A DNA stretch of 51,736 nucleotides, from assembly GCA_036154175.1 (NCBI GenBank), contig JAYZLO010000047.1, forward strand, positions 1 through 51,736, written 5' to 3'. Shown piece by piece: positions 37,396 to 46,306 of this stretch. The notes under the pieces are model-generated. The model searched no databases. It was not told the DNA's origin and was given only the letters and a program-made list of their open reading frames with translations. The position numbers and the translations under genes are program-made. The stretch's first letter is position 1; each line of letters opens with the position of its first letter. The stretch is from Thermoplasmatota archaeon (GTDB lineage Archaea > Thermoplasmatota > Poseidoniia > Poseidoniales > Thalassarchaeaceae).

Positions 37396-38529
37396 ATGAG
37401 GGCCGTAATTGCAGATTGGAAGAGGTCGCCCTTTACCAGGGCTCACAAGGGTCAGCTTTCTTCAGTCAGGCCTGATGAATTGGCCTCTCAGGTACTCAGA
37501 GAACTTCTAAGGGATGTTCACTTTGATACCAATCTAATTGATGACATAATTCTCGGATGTGCATATCCCGAGGGGGAGCAGGGCTACAATATTGGACGCA
37601 TGATGACTTTCCTGAGTGGGCTTCCACCTCAGGTTCCCGGCTCTACAATCAACCGCCTCTGCGGATCCTCGATGCAGGCAATTTTATCCGCCGCCTCCAG
37701 TATTTCTTCCGGTTGGGGGCAGTGCTTTTTGAGTGGAGGAATAGAGTCCATGTCTAGAGTGAAAAGGAGAGGCTTCAATTGGAGCCCACATCCGAATTTG
37801 GAGACTGAATATCCCGATGCATACATTAACATGGGGGAAACTGCAGAAAATGTAGCTACTTTGTATTCTATTTCAAGAATGGAGCAGGAGATTTTTGCCT
37901 TAGAATCTCATTATAAGTCATCTAATGCAGCTACAAATGGTTACTTTGATGAAGAAATAGTTACAATTTTATCTGATTCTGGAAAAATAGCTGAGGATGG
38001 CTGTATCCGTTCTGAAACTTCTCTCGAGTCCATGTCTAAACTGAAACCAGCGTTTTCTGAAAATGGGACTGTTACAGCAGCAACGTCCTCGCCCCTCACT
38101 GATGGAGCAGTCTTTGCTTTGATTTGTAGTGAAGAATTTGCAGAGGCAAATTCGTTGAATCCATTAGCAGCCATTGTTTCATCCGCAGTCACTGGCTGTA
38201 ATCCTGATCTAATGGGGTTAGGGCCTATTTCAGCAACTAAGCAAGTCCTTGAAAGGACTGGTTGGGGCATATCTGAGGTCGATATCTTCGAAATTAATGA
38301 AGCATTTTCTTCTCAAAGTATCGCTTGTGTAAGAGATTTGGAAATTGATCCAGACATAGTGAATATCGACGGAGGGGCAATTTCCATCGGGCACCCTCTC
38401 GGTGCATCTGGCGCAAGAATATCCTGTAAAGCCGCAAGCATATTGAAAAGAACTGGAAAAAGGAGAGCCATTGCGACAATGTGTATTGGCGGGGGAATGG
38501 GGATGGCAATTGCTCTGGAATCTCTTTGA
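37396..38529 (+). CDS. Acetyl-CoA C-acyltransferase/acetoacetyl-CoA thiolase (bacterial FadA/AtoB type)
   Basis: NRLCGSSMQA (nucleophilic Cys), GGIESMS, NIDGGAISIGHPLGASG and MCIGGGMG motifs. Confidence 0.9.
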   Translation: MRAVIADWKRSPFTRAHKGQLSSVRPDELASQVLRELLRDVHFDTNLIDDIILGCAYPEGEQGYNIGRMMTFLSGLPPQVPGSTINRLCGSSMQAILSAASSISSGWGQCFLSGGIESMSRVKRRGFNWSPHPNLETEYPDAYINMGETAENVATLYSISRMEQEIFALESHYKSSNAATNGYFDEEIVTILSDSGKIAEDGCIRSETSLESMSKLKPAFSENGTVTAATSSPLTDGAVFALICSEEFAEANSLNPLAAIVSSAVTGCNPDLMGLGPISATKQVLERTGWGISEVDIFEINEAFSSQSIACVRDLEIDPDIVNIDGGAISIGHPLGASGARISCKAASILKRTGKRRAIATMCIGGGMGMAIALESL

Positions 38530-38534
38530 GGTAA

Positions 38535-38813
38535 TTGAAATCAATGATGGTGTTTGAGATGGTTCAAACCAAAGATACCGGAGTGGACAGGATAAGTGAC
38601 TGTCTAGATGGTAAAAGAATAGCCCTTGTTGTATCTGGGGGGATAGCAGCAACTGAAACAATTAAAATTTCTAGAGAAATTAGGAGATATGGGGGATCAG
38701 TCTATCCGATTCTGACTAAGTCTGCAGAAAAAATAATTACTCCATTAGCTGTTTCTTGGGGAGCTGGGGGAGTCTCTGTAATCGACGAGTGGAATTACAA
38801 AATGGCTCAATAA
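38535..38813 (+). CDS. coaBC: CoaC (PPC decarboxylase flavoprotein) N-terminal fragment of an interrupted coaBC
   Basis: RIALVVSGGIAATETIKISREIRRYGGSVYPILTKSAEKIITPL is the HFCD flavin-binding N-terminus. It ends at in-frame TAA 38811-38813. The same frame continues with FDGVLLAPATRNTIAKF... (see findings). Confidence 0.7.
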   Translation: MKSMMVFEMVQTKDTGVDRISDCLDGKRIALVVSGGIAATETIKISREIRRYGGSVYPILTKSAEKIITPLAVSWGAGGVSVIDEWNYKMAQ

Positions 38814-38900
38814 GAATCTTTCGATGGCGTTCTGCTGGCACCTGCAACCAGGAACACTATCGCTAAATTCGTCCATGGGATAATTGATTCTCCTGCACTC

Positions 38901-39761
38901 ATGTCTCTTTCCGCCGCGTCAGGAAATCAGACTCCTATGCTATTTGTTCCTTCAATGCACAACGATCTTTTTGATGACCCTGTAACAGACGAATTACTGA
39001 AATCAGTAACTGAAAGAGGTGTTGAAATCTTATTATCTGATTCAGTCGAGGGTAGGAGAAAACAACCTGATCCGGTTTCAATAGTTGCAAAATTATGCCA
39101 CATAATCAACTCCAGACTATCCGCAAGAACTAGGATTGCAATAACTCTTGGAGCTACAAGATCACCTATCGACTCCGTTCGTTTTATCCAGAACTCTTCT
39201 AGTGGCAAGACCGGTTGGTCAATCGCAGAACACCTTTACAGAATGGGCCATGATGTAATATGTGTGGTGGGAGAGACGAAGTACGAACCAAGTTTTTTAT
39301 TGCCGGATGTAAGAAAAACCTCTGACCCAGACAGAATTCTTGAATTTTGTATTGATTTAGCATCATCTAGCAACCCTCCAGGCTTGTGGATTCATTCCGC
39401 AGCAATACTTGATTATCAGTCCGAAAAGGAAAGAGGAAAGAGGAAAAGTGATACCGGCGAATGGAATCTTACATTATATCCTTCAGTAAAACACCTCGGC
39501 GAACTCTCAAAGTATACCACAGGTTCAACGAGAATCGGTTTCAAGTTGGAGGACGATTCAGATGAGGAGTTCCTAATTCCCAGAGCTTATGACCTGATCT
39601 CGAAATATGGTTTGGATGCCGTAGTAGCAAATCTAATCTCAGAAGCCTCTGGATCATTGCCACTTAGATGCAGAATTGTTTTCTCGGGTAATGAAGTTCA
39701 GGAAATAACCACTCTTCAAGAGTTATGCGAAACGCTTGAATCAATGATTTCAGGGAATTAG
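38901..39761 (+). CDS. coaBC: Rest of coaBC: end of the CoaC domain plus the CoaB (phosphopantothenate--cysteine ligase) domain
   Basis: PMLFVPSMHNDLF (PAMN-like) followed by ITLGATRSPIDSVRFIQNSSSGKTG (CoaB signature). ATG 38901 is the first Met after the in-frame stop. Conserved sequence already begins at 38814. Confidence 0.75.
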   Translation: MSLSAASGNQTPMLFVPSMHNDLFDDPVTDELLKSVTERGVEILLSDSVEGRRKQPDPVSIVAKLCHIINSRLSARTRIAITLGATRSPIDSVRFIQNSSSGKTGWSIAEHLYRMGHDVICVVGETKYEPSFLLPDVRKTSDPDRILEFCIDLASSSNPPGLWIHSAAILDYQSEKERGKRKSDTGEWNLTLYPSVKHLGELSKYTTGSTRIGFKLEDDSDEEFLIPRAYDLISKYGLDAVVANLISEASGSLPLRCRIVFSGNEVQEITTLQELCETLESMISGN

Positions 39762-39810
39762 GTAATAATTGAACGAATGATTCAAGCCGCCGGTCATTGG
39801 CGTACCCATT

Positions 39811-41328
39811 GTGTCAAGACCGTCTAAGGCCAAAAGGGGAATCCCGCCAAAGTCAGATTTTAACTCATGGTATCCATCAATTGTCGAGATAGCCGATTTA
39901 GTGGATAAGCGGTATCCGATTAAGGGGATGGATGTCTGGAAGCCGTATGGTCTTTCGGCCATGGGCCTCATTGATTCACTTGCAAGGTCTGAGATGCGAA
40001 GGACAAACCATCAGGAATACCGCTTTCCTTTGCTAGTTCCAGAAGACCTATTGGATAAAGAGAATAGTCTTGTTTCTAGGCTAAAGGCTGCAAGGGAAGC
40101 AGAAGTAGATCCCTTGGAATTAAGATTAGATGAAGAAGAATCAGGATTCAAAAAAGAAGTATATTGGGTTACTCACGGTGGTGAAAATGAGTTAGAAATG
40201 CCAATGTTCCTAAGGCCTACATCCGAGACACCAATGTATTCAATGTTCTCTCTTTGGGTGAGAAGTCATGCTGACTTACCTCTGAAGACCTTTCAAATCG
40301 TCAATACTTTCCGTTATGAAACAAAGCAAACTAGATCCTTCATCCGAGTTAGAGAAATTCATTTCTTTGAGGCACATACCGTTCACGCTGATCAAAATGG
40401 TGCTGATTCGCAGATCGAAGAGGACGCTGAAATGGTTCGGAGGATTTTGCGAGAATTATGCCTCCCTTCCATAGTGTGTAAAAGGCCTGTTTGGGATACT
40501 TTTCCGGGTGCTTGGTATACCAAAGCAGCCGATGTAGTCATGCCCAATGGGCGTACCCTTCAGGTTGCAACCTATCATCACTATCGTGATCAATGGGCCG
40601 AAGCCTTCGACCTAACTTACGAAGACTCTGAGGGTAATACCAAATCCTGCCATCAGACAACTTTTGGAATGTCAGAGAGGTTACTGGGTGCTGTAGTCGG
40701 AATGCATGGCGATGATAATGGCCTAATAATGCCACCATCAGTTGCCCCATTTCAGGTAATCGTAATGCCCATAGCTGCTCACACTGATCAAAATGTAATC
40801 ACTGCTGTTGAAGAATTGTCCGAGAGACTGACTAATCACGGTTTAAGGGTGGAAATAGATTTCAGAGATGTCAGGCCGGGTGTGAAACACTTCGACTGGG
40901 AAATTAAGGGTGCCCCTCTGAGAGTTGAGTTGGGTCCAAGAGACCTTGCTTCGGGTAAATGTATAGTGTCATTGAGAACCGGAGGGAAAGTGGAAATTAG
41001 CTTGGATGATGCCCCCAACAAAATTTTTGAGCTATTGGATTCTGTTTCAGATGAACTTAGATTAAGGGCTGAGAAATTGGTATCGGAACTCGTAAAACCA
41101 TTTCCTTTAGAGAGAATCTCTGATGCCGAATCATTCGAAGATGAAATCGAAGATGGAATAGTTTACGAGCTCCCATTCTCAGGTAATGACTCAGATGCCG
41201 AGATTCTCGAGAAGAAGACTGGATTAACTCTTCTTGGGGAATCTGATTGCGAATTCGACTTGGAAAAGCCTTGTGTGATTACCGGAAATCTAACCAGCAA
41301 GAGGCAGTTCGTTTCTAAGATGTACTGA
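39811..41328 (+). CDS. proS: Proline--tRNA ligase (archaeal/eukaryal type)
   Basis: FNSWYPSIVEIADLV N-terminus, class II motifs (LRPTSETPMY, FRYETKQTRSFIRVREIHFFEAH) and a terminal Tyr (...SKMY), as in archaeal-type ProRS. GTG start. Confidence 0.93.
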   Translation: MSRPSKAKRGIPPKSDFNSWYPSIVEIADLVDKRYPIKGMDVWKPYGLSAMGLIDSLARSEMRRTNHQEYRFPLLVPEDLLDKENSLVSRLKAAREAEVDPLELRLDEEESGFKKEVYWVTHGGENELEMPMFLRPTSETPMYSMFSLWVRSHADLPLKTFQIVNTFRYETKQTRSFIRVREIHFFEAHTVHADQNGADSQIEEDAEMVRRILRELCLPSIVCKRPVWDTFPGAWYTKAADVVMPNGRTLQVATYHHYRDQWAEAFDLTYEDSEGNTKSCHQTTFGMSERLLGAVVGMHGDDNGLIMPPSVAPFQVIVMPIAAHTDQNVITAVEELSERLTNHGLRVEIDFRDVRPGVKHFDWEIKGAPLRVELGPRDLASGKCIVSLRTGGKVEISLDDAPNKIFELLDSVSDELRLRAEKLVSELVKPFPLERISDAESFEDEIEDGIVYELPFSGNDSDAEILEKKTGLTLLGESDCEFDLEKPCVITGNLTSKRQFVSKMY

Positions 41329-41880
41329 GCGCTTTCTCCAAATTAGGCCCATAACTACCAATGATAAACAAAGTCCTAGCACAATCAGGTCCCCGAGTAG
41401 AGGGAAACCCATGGGCTTAACCCAAGCTTCAATCTGATGGATACCATCCCATGAGTAACCTTCAGTGAAAACAAGCTTAGTTTGACCGTATTCGTCATTA
41501 CATATCTCCCTCATATCCGCAACACCTGTAGAGCATAGTACAGACCCAATTCCAAATACCATATTGTAGATTGCGAATATTGAACCAAATAACCCCATCA
41601 TGATTAGTATATATCTGGGTCTTCCGCGTTTTGAGGACTCAAGAGACTTATTCAAAGGAATAATTGGTTGAAAATCAGGTAAGCTAACATCACTAGTAAT
41701 TGGAGTAGCTTCAGGAAGTGGCTCATGGGTAGAAATCTCTGGTGCTAACACGCCCATTTCTTCAAGTGCTTCGCTACCGTAAATCCTCTCTGCCATGGAA
41801 TAGAGGTTGGAATCACCTTCTATCTCCTCGGGGTTAATCTCGCCCGAAAGAAGCCTTCTCACAGCGTCTGGATCGGTCAT
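41290..41880 (-). CDS. Hypothetical membrane protein (acidic N-terminal domain, 2 TM helices)
   Basis: 196-aa ORF with TM segments YILIMMGLFGSIFAIYNMVFGIG and LLGDLIVLGLCLSLVVMGLIW. Its 3' end overlaps the proS 3' end by 39 nt. Confidence 0.5.
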   Translation of the reverse strand: MTDPDAVRRLLSGEINPEEIEGDSNLYSMAERIYGSEALEEMGVLAPEISTHEPLPEATPITSDVSLPDFQPIIPLNKSLESSKRGRPRYILIMMGLFGSIFAIYNMVFGIGSVLCSTGVADMREICNDEYGQTKLVFTEGYSWDGIHQIEAWVKPMGFPLLGDLIVLGLCLSLVVMGLIWRKRSVHLRNELPLAG

Positions 41881-41936
41881 AACGATAGATTCTCGGTATC
41901 AATACCCCTATGAAATGAACCCTATAATGAACGCAA

Positions 41937-42893
41937 TTATGGCATATTTTTACGGTTAATACATTTCCTAACAGCCGAACATATGGAAATCGCATCCAAT
42001 CCCATCATGGTCATTAACTCAGATGTGCCACCACTTTCTCCAAATCTATCTTTCACTCCTACCATTTCAACCGGAATCGGTTTATTCTTTGCAGTCCACT
42101 CTGAAACTGCACTCCCGAGTCCCCCAATTACTGAGTGATCTTCTGCTGTAACTAGGCAACCACATTTCTCTGCCAGGTCAGTCAATAGCTCCATGTCCAG
42201 AGGTTTAATCGTGTGCATATCTATTACTGAACAGGATATTCCTTCGTCTTCAAGAATTCTTGCAGCTTCTATTGACCTTTCAACCATCACTCCACACGAA
42301 ATTATTGCAACATCACTCCCTTCAATAATGATGCTACCTTTACCAATTTCCAAATTTGTAGCCGAATCTCCATCATAAATCCTAGATGTTTTGTTTCTTG
42401 CAGTCCTCATGTATGATGGACCTGCGTTATTGAGTAGCTTTACTGTGAGCTCTTCTGCCGACAAATCATCACATGGGTGGAGGATGGTCATTTTTGGAAT
42501 TGATCTGTAAATCCCCAAATCTTCGATAGACTGAGCACTGCTTCCATCAGAACCAGTGTGAATGCCACCATGACTCCCACAGATATGGACTGATAGCCCC
42601 GGCCTTGCAATTCCATTCCTTACTTGTTCGAAAGCCCTCTCGGTGAATACGGCGAAAGTGCTAGCAAAAGGGATTTTTCCGGAAGAAGCCAATCCAGCGG
42701 CTACTAGCATCATATTCTGCTCAGCAATCCCCATGGATACAGTTCTATCAGGAAAGCCCTCTCTAAAGTGGCATGATTTTGTAGATTTGCCCAGATCTGC
42801 TTCTAAGACAACCACCCTTTCGTCTTTAGCTAATCTTAGGAGGCCCCTTCCATATCCATCCCTAGACGCCCCTCCCTCGGACGGAGCACTCAT
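41937..42893 (-). CDS. Transketolase, C-terminal subunit (Pyr + C-terminal domains)
   Basis: GIAEQNMMLVAAGLA, FAVFTERAFEQVR and HGGIHTGSDGSSAQSIEDL motifs. It overlaps the N-terminal subunit gene by 4 nt. Confidence 0.92.
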   Translation of the reverse strand: MSAPSEGGASRDGYGRGLLRLAKDERVVVLEADLGKSTKSCHFREGFPDRTVSMGIAEQNMMLVAAGLASSGKIPFASTFAVFTERAFEQVRNGIARPGLSVHICGSHGGIHTGSDGSSAQSIEDLGIYRSIPKMTILHPCDDLSAEELTVKLLNNAGPSYMRTARNKTSRIYDGDSATNLEIGKGSIIIEGSDVAIISCGVMVERSIEAARILEDEGISCSVIDMHTIKPLDMELLTDLAEKCGCLVTAEDHSVIGGLGSAVSEWTAKNKPIPVEMVGVKDRFGESGGTSELMTMMGLDAISICSAVRKCINRKNMP

Positions 42894-43717
42894 GATAGCT
42901 CCTCCAAAGCAATTTTCAACTCTTCATCATTTGGGGCTTTTCCATGGAAAGAGGGATTGTCTTCCATGAATGAAACGCCCTTCCCCTTTATCGTGTGAGC
43001 AATAATTGCGCTCGGCGCTGACTCATTCTGATTTGCCCAGTTTATTGCCCCAATAAGTTCTGAGATGTTGTGGCCGTCAACTTCCAAAACATTCCAGCCG
43101 AAGGAAGTGAATTTTTCTCCAATGTCTCCAACTTCCATCTGAACCGCCATGAAATCATCATTCTGAATTCTATTTCTATCAACAATTACCCTTAGGTTGG
43201 AAGCATTGTGATAAGATGCTGCCATTGCTGCTTCCCACACTTGACCTTCTTGAGTCTCTCCATCCCCCAACATTCCCCAAATCGTTCTTTCGCTGGAGTC
43301 AATATTTGCTGCATTGGAACAGCCCAATCCTAAAGACAGCCCCATACCCAGACTTCCGGCCGAAAAATCGACTCCCTTGGTCCAGACCATATCTACGTGG
43401 CCTTGACATACAGAACCAAGAGTCCTAAATCCAAGAATATCTTCTTCATCTAGAACCCCCATCTGATGAAGAAGGGAGTACATTGCGGGACTGGCATGCC
43501 CTTTACTCATGATGAACCGATCACGATCAGGCCAATCGGGATTGCTGGTGTCGAATCGAAAATCAGTCCCATAAAGTGCAACCATGGCATCTATTGCTGA
43601 TAGTGAACCACCTGGATGACCTGATTTGGCTTGATGCGTCATCCTCAAGATGTCTATTCGACACATTCTAGCCATTTCGTTTAGTTCATCATGACTCTGG
43701 GTCGCAACGTCCCCCAT
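42890..43717 (-). CDS. Transketolase, N-terminal (TPP-binding) subunit
   Basis: SGHPGGSLSAIDAMVALY, GSLGMGLS and GDGETQEGQVWEA motifs. I prefer ATG 43717 over the TTG at 43762. Confidence 0.92.
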   Translation of the reverse strand: MGDVATQSHDELNEMARMCRIDILRMTHQAKSGHPGGSLSAIDAMVALYGTDFRFDTSNPDWPDRDRFIMSKGHASPAMYSLLHQMGVLDEEDILGFRTLGSVCQGHVDMVWTKGVDFSAGSLGMGLSLGLGCSNAANIDSSERTIWGMLGDGETQEGQVWEAAMAASYHNASNLRVIVDRNRIQNDDFMAVQMEVGDIGEKFTSFGWNVLEVDGHNISELIGAINWANQNESAPSAIIAHTIKGKGVSFMEDNPSFHGKAPNDEELKIALEELS

Positions 43718-43820
43718 GAAGCAGAGTGACAACTCGTGGCTATTGATAGTTTTCAATGTCAAAATTCTAGACTAATTAGAGAGTGGTTCAAATCATACCT
43801 TTACTTCGCAATAATCGAAT

Positions 43821-45023
43821 ATGATTCAGGATAATTTTTCAGATGCCGATTGGCGTACAAATCTAGCTGAATTTCCCGTTCCAATTTCGGTTGAAAACGA
43901 TCCATTACTTTCTAAAACACTTTCATTGATTTTGGAAGGTAAAAGAATTCCTAGGGAGCTAGGTGTTGAGTTACACAGAGAAGCTCCCCTCCCCGGGCTC
44001 GCGTCTCTGGCAGACTCGATTAAAATATCTAGATTCGGAAAAAATATTTTTTTCAATGAAAATCTCCATGTTAATACGACTAATGTATGCGTACTTGCAT
44101 GTCGATTCTGTGCGTTTAGAAGGGGAGCTAGAAGCGACGATGCTTACTCACTATCGCCCGAGGAATTCATATCTAGAATTAGTCCGTTTTCAAATATAAT
44201 CGATGAGGTCCACGCAGTAGGGGGGCTTCACCCAGATTGGACTGTTGATGATTATGTCAAGATATATGAGATGTCGAAGAAGGAATTTCCAAATATCAAT
44301 ATTAAATCTCTAACTGCCGTTGAAGTGAAACATCTCTCGACAAAGTCCGGGATTACAGTTTTTGAAACGCTCAGAATTCTGAAAAATGCTGGTTTAGATT
44401 CCCTTCCAGGGGGCGGTGCCGAAATCCTAGTCGACAAAATTCGTGATCGGATTTGTAGAGGTAAAGAGACTTCGTCAGAGTATCTTGAGATTCACGGTAT
44501 AGCACATTCACTGGGCATCCCAACAAATTGTACAATGCTTTTCGGGACGATAGAATCAATCGAAGACAGGGTTACTCATTTGGATAAACTCCGGATCCAA
44601 CAGGACTCATCCTCTGGCTTCCAGTGTTTCGTCCCATATCCTTTCCTCAAGGACAACACCAGACTTCCAGAAGCTAAACTAGCTAGTGCTGATGAAATAA
44701 TTAGAGTCATTTCTTTGTCTAGGATAATGCTAGATAATATCCCACACATCAAGGCCTACAGGATGAATATTGGTGATCACCTTGCATCTATAGCGATAAA
44801 TTCCGGAGCAGATGATATTGATGGTACAGTTGGCCATGAGGAAATAATGCATGAAGCTGGCAGTGAGACTAGAGTTGATTATGATGGAAAAAAACTGGCA
44901 AGGCTAATTTCTGCATCTGGACAAAATCCAGTGAAGAGAGACTCAACATACACTTCATTCAAGAACATAGAATCCAAACCAGAACATATCAAGCGGTTCC
45001 TCCCCATAGTGGCAAGTGATTGA
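43821..45023 (+). CDS. Radical SAM enzyme of the MqnE/MqnC (futalosine pathway, CofH-like) family
   Basis: CVLACRFCAF CX3CX2C cluster, GGLHPDW, LPGGGAEIL, TMLFGTIES and DDIDGTV motifs. MqnE and MqnC cannot be separated by eye. Adjacency to mqnA favours MqnE. Confidence 0.8.
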   Translation: MIQDNFSDADWRTNLAEFPVPISVENDPLLSKTLSLILEGKRIPRELGVELHREAPLPGLASLADSIKISRFGKNIFFNENLHVNTTNVCVLACRFCAFRRGARSDDAYSLSPEEFISRISPFSNIIDEVHAVGGLHPDWTVDDYVKIYEMSKKEFPNINIKSLTAVEVKHLSTKSGITVFETLRILKNAGLDSLPGGGAEILVDKIRDRICRGKETSSEYLEIHGIAHSLGIPTNCTMLFGTIESIEDRVTHLDKLRIQQDSSSGFQCFVPYPFLKDNTRLPEAKLASADEIIRVISLSRIMLDNIPHIKAYRMNIGDHLASIAINSGADDIDGTVGHEEIMHEAGSETRVDYDGKKLARLISASGQNPVKRDSTYTSFKNIESKPEHIKRFLPIVASD

Positions 45024-45816
45024 AATGTCTTGGGAGAAAGTATTGGGCAGGGTATCATTCATCAATTGTGATCCCGTCTTCCATGGTATCGGTGAAAAAT
45101 GGAATATTTTGGCAGCCCCTCCATCATGGTTAACCGGCCATTTACTTAGGAGGGACTGTATTACTGCCCCAATTCCCACTGCCGATTTCGCACTACATCA
45201 TGACAAATTGGTTCTTCTTCCAAAAATTGGAATAGTCGGTAGGGAAAAGGTTGGTTCCGTACTTCTCTTCGGAAATAGGGAGATAGACTCAATGAGAGAT
45301 ATTGCACTACCATCCGATTCTTCTACTTCTAGAATGTTAATGCATTGGATTTTGAAAAATAGAAAACTAGATCCGAGACTTGTAGAGATGGGTCCTGACA
45401 TCGATTCAATGCTTGAAAGATGCGATGGAGCGTTAATAATCGGAGATAGGGCAATTTCCGCATCTCTACAGTACCCTGAGTTAGTGAAGATGGACTTAGG
45501 AAGGGAATGGTCCAAATTAACGGGTTTCCCAATGGTTTTCGGAGTGTTCGCTGCAAGAAAAGACTCCCCGACGGACAAAGTAATCGAAGCATGCGAGGTC
45601 ATGATAGCCCAATATGATCAATTTTTATCAGATGCTGATGTGAGGAAATCAGTCATCGCTTCGGCTTCAAAAAAAGTCGGATTGTCCATAAAAAGGATAG
45701 AGAGATATTTTAGTTACGAAGTATCCAATATGCTTGAGGATGAGTCAATAACCGGACTCAATCTTTTCTTAGACAGAGTCTATGGGATATCCACCGAGGG
45801 TTCGTGGTTGACGTAA
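45016..45816 (+). CDS. mqnA: Chorismate dehydratase MqnA (VitK2_biosynth/PBP-like fold)
   Basis: GRVSFINCDPVF N-terminus, KVGSVLLF and SSTSRMLMHWIL blocks as in MqnA. The start is GTG 45016 (overlaps the upstream stop) or ATG 45025. Confidence 0.72.
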   Translation: MIEMSWEKVLGRVSFINCDPVFHGIGEKWNILAAPPSWLTGHLLRRDCITAPIPTADFALHHDKLVLLPKIGIVGREKVGSVLLFGNREIDSMRDIALPSDSSTSRMLMHWILKNRKLDPRLVEMGPDIDSMLERCDGALIIGDRAISASLQYPELVKMDLGREWSKLTGFPMVFGVFAARKDSPTDKVIEACEVMIAQYDQFLSDADVRKSVIASASKKVGLSIKRIERYFSYEVSNMLEDESITGLNLFLDRVYGISTEGSWLT

Positions 45817-45820
45817 ATTG

Positions 45821-46306
45821 TCATGAATAATCAAGCTTCTTGCCCGAAACCCAGTTTAGAAGATCAATTGCAACCTCGCAAGATTCCGCAATTACTGGCT
45901 CCTCATCATCTACGAATTTCTCCAATGTAGACATTGCAGTCCTGTTTCCTATTGCGCCCAGAGCCTCTGCAGCCTCATGCCTAACCATCAAATCTTCTTC
46001 TAAGTCCTCCAATCTTTCTATCAAACATGGCACTGCTCGATCATCTTGCATCTGTCCAAGAACATAGGCAATCTCGTGCTTGAGCAAGGCAGAGTCAGAG
46101 TCGAAGGCTTTTGCTAGAGCTTCAACAGAGTCAACACCTCCGATATTTCGTAAGGCGAATAATGACCTCATCCTTTGGAACATCCTCTCGTTCTCATCAC
46201 ACAGAATTTCCCGTAATTTCGTTACTTCTTTGAATTCGCTGGCGGGGGCCGGATCAACAGACCCAAACTCGCTTACTTCTGGTTTTTCACTCACAACATC
46301 ACTCAC
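45821..46306 (-). CDS. Half-size deoxyhypusine-hydroxylase-like HEAT-repeat protein (two His-Glu di-iron motifs)
   Basis: SVDPAP...LREIL.DE...FALRNIGG...SALLKHEIAYVLGQMQDDRAVP...MVRHEAAEALGAIGN...ESCEVAIDLL. GTG 46306 overlaps the mqnD stop (GTGAGTGA). Confidence 0.7.
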   Translation of the reverse strand: MSDVVSEKPEVSEFGSVDPAPASEFKEVTKLREILCDENERMFQRMRSLFALRNIGGVDSVEALAKAFDSDSALLKHEIAYVLGQMQDDRAVPCLIERLEDLEEDLMVRHEAAEALGAIGNRTAMSTLEKFVDDEEPVIAESCEVAIDLLNWVSGKKLDYS

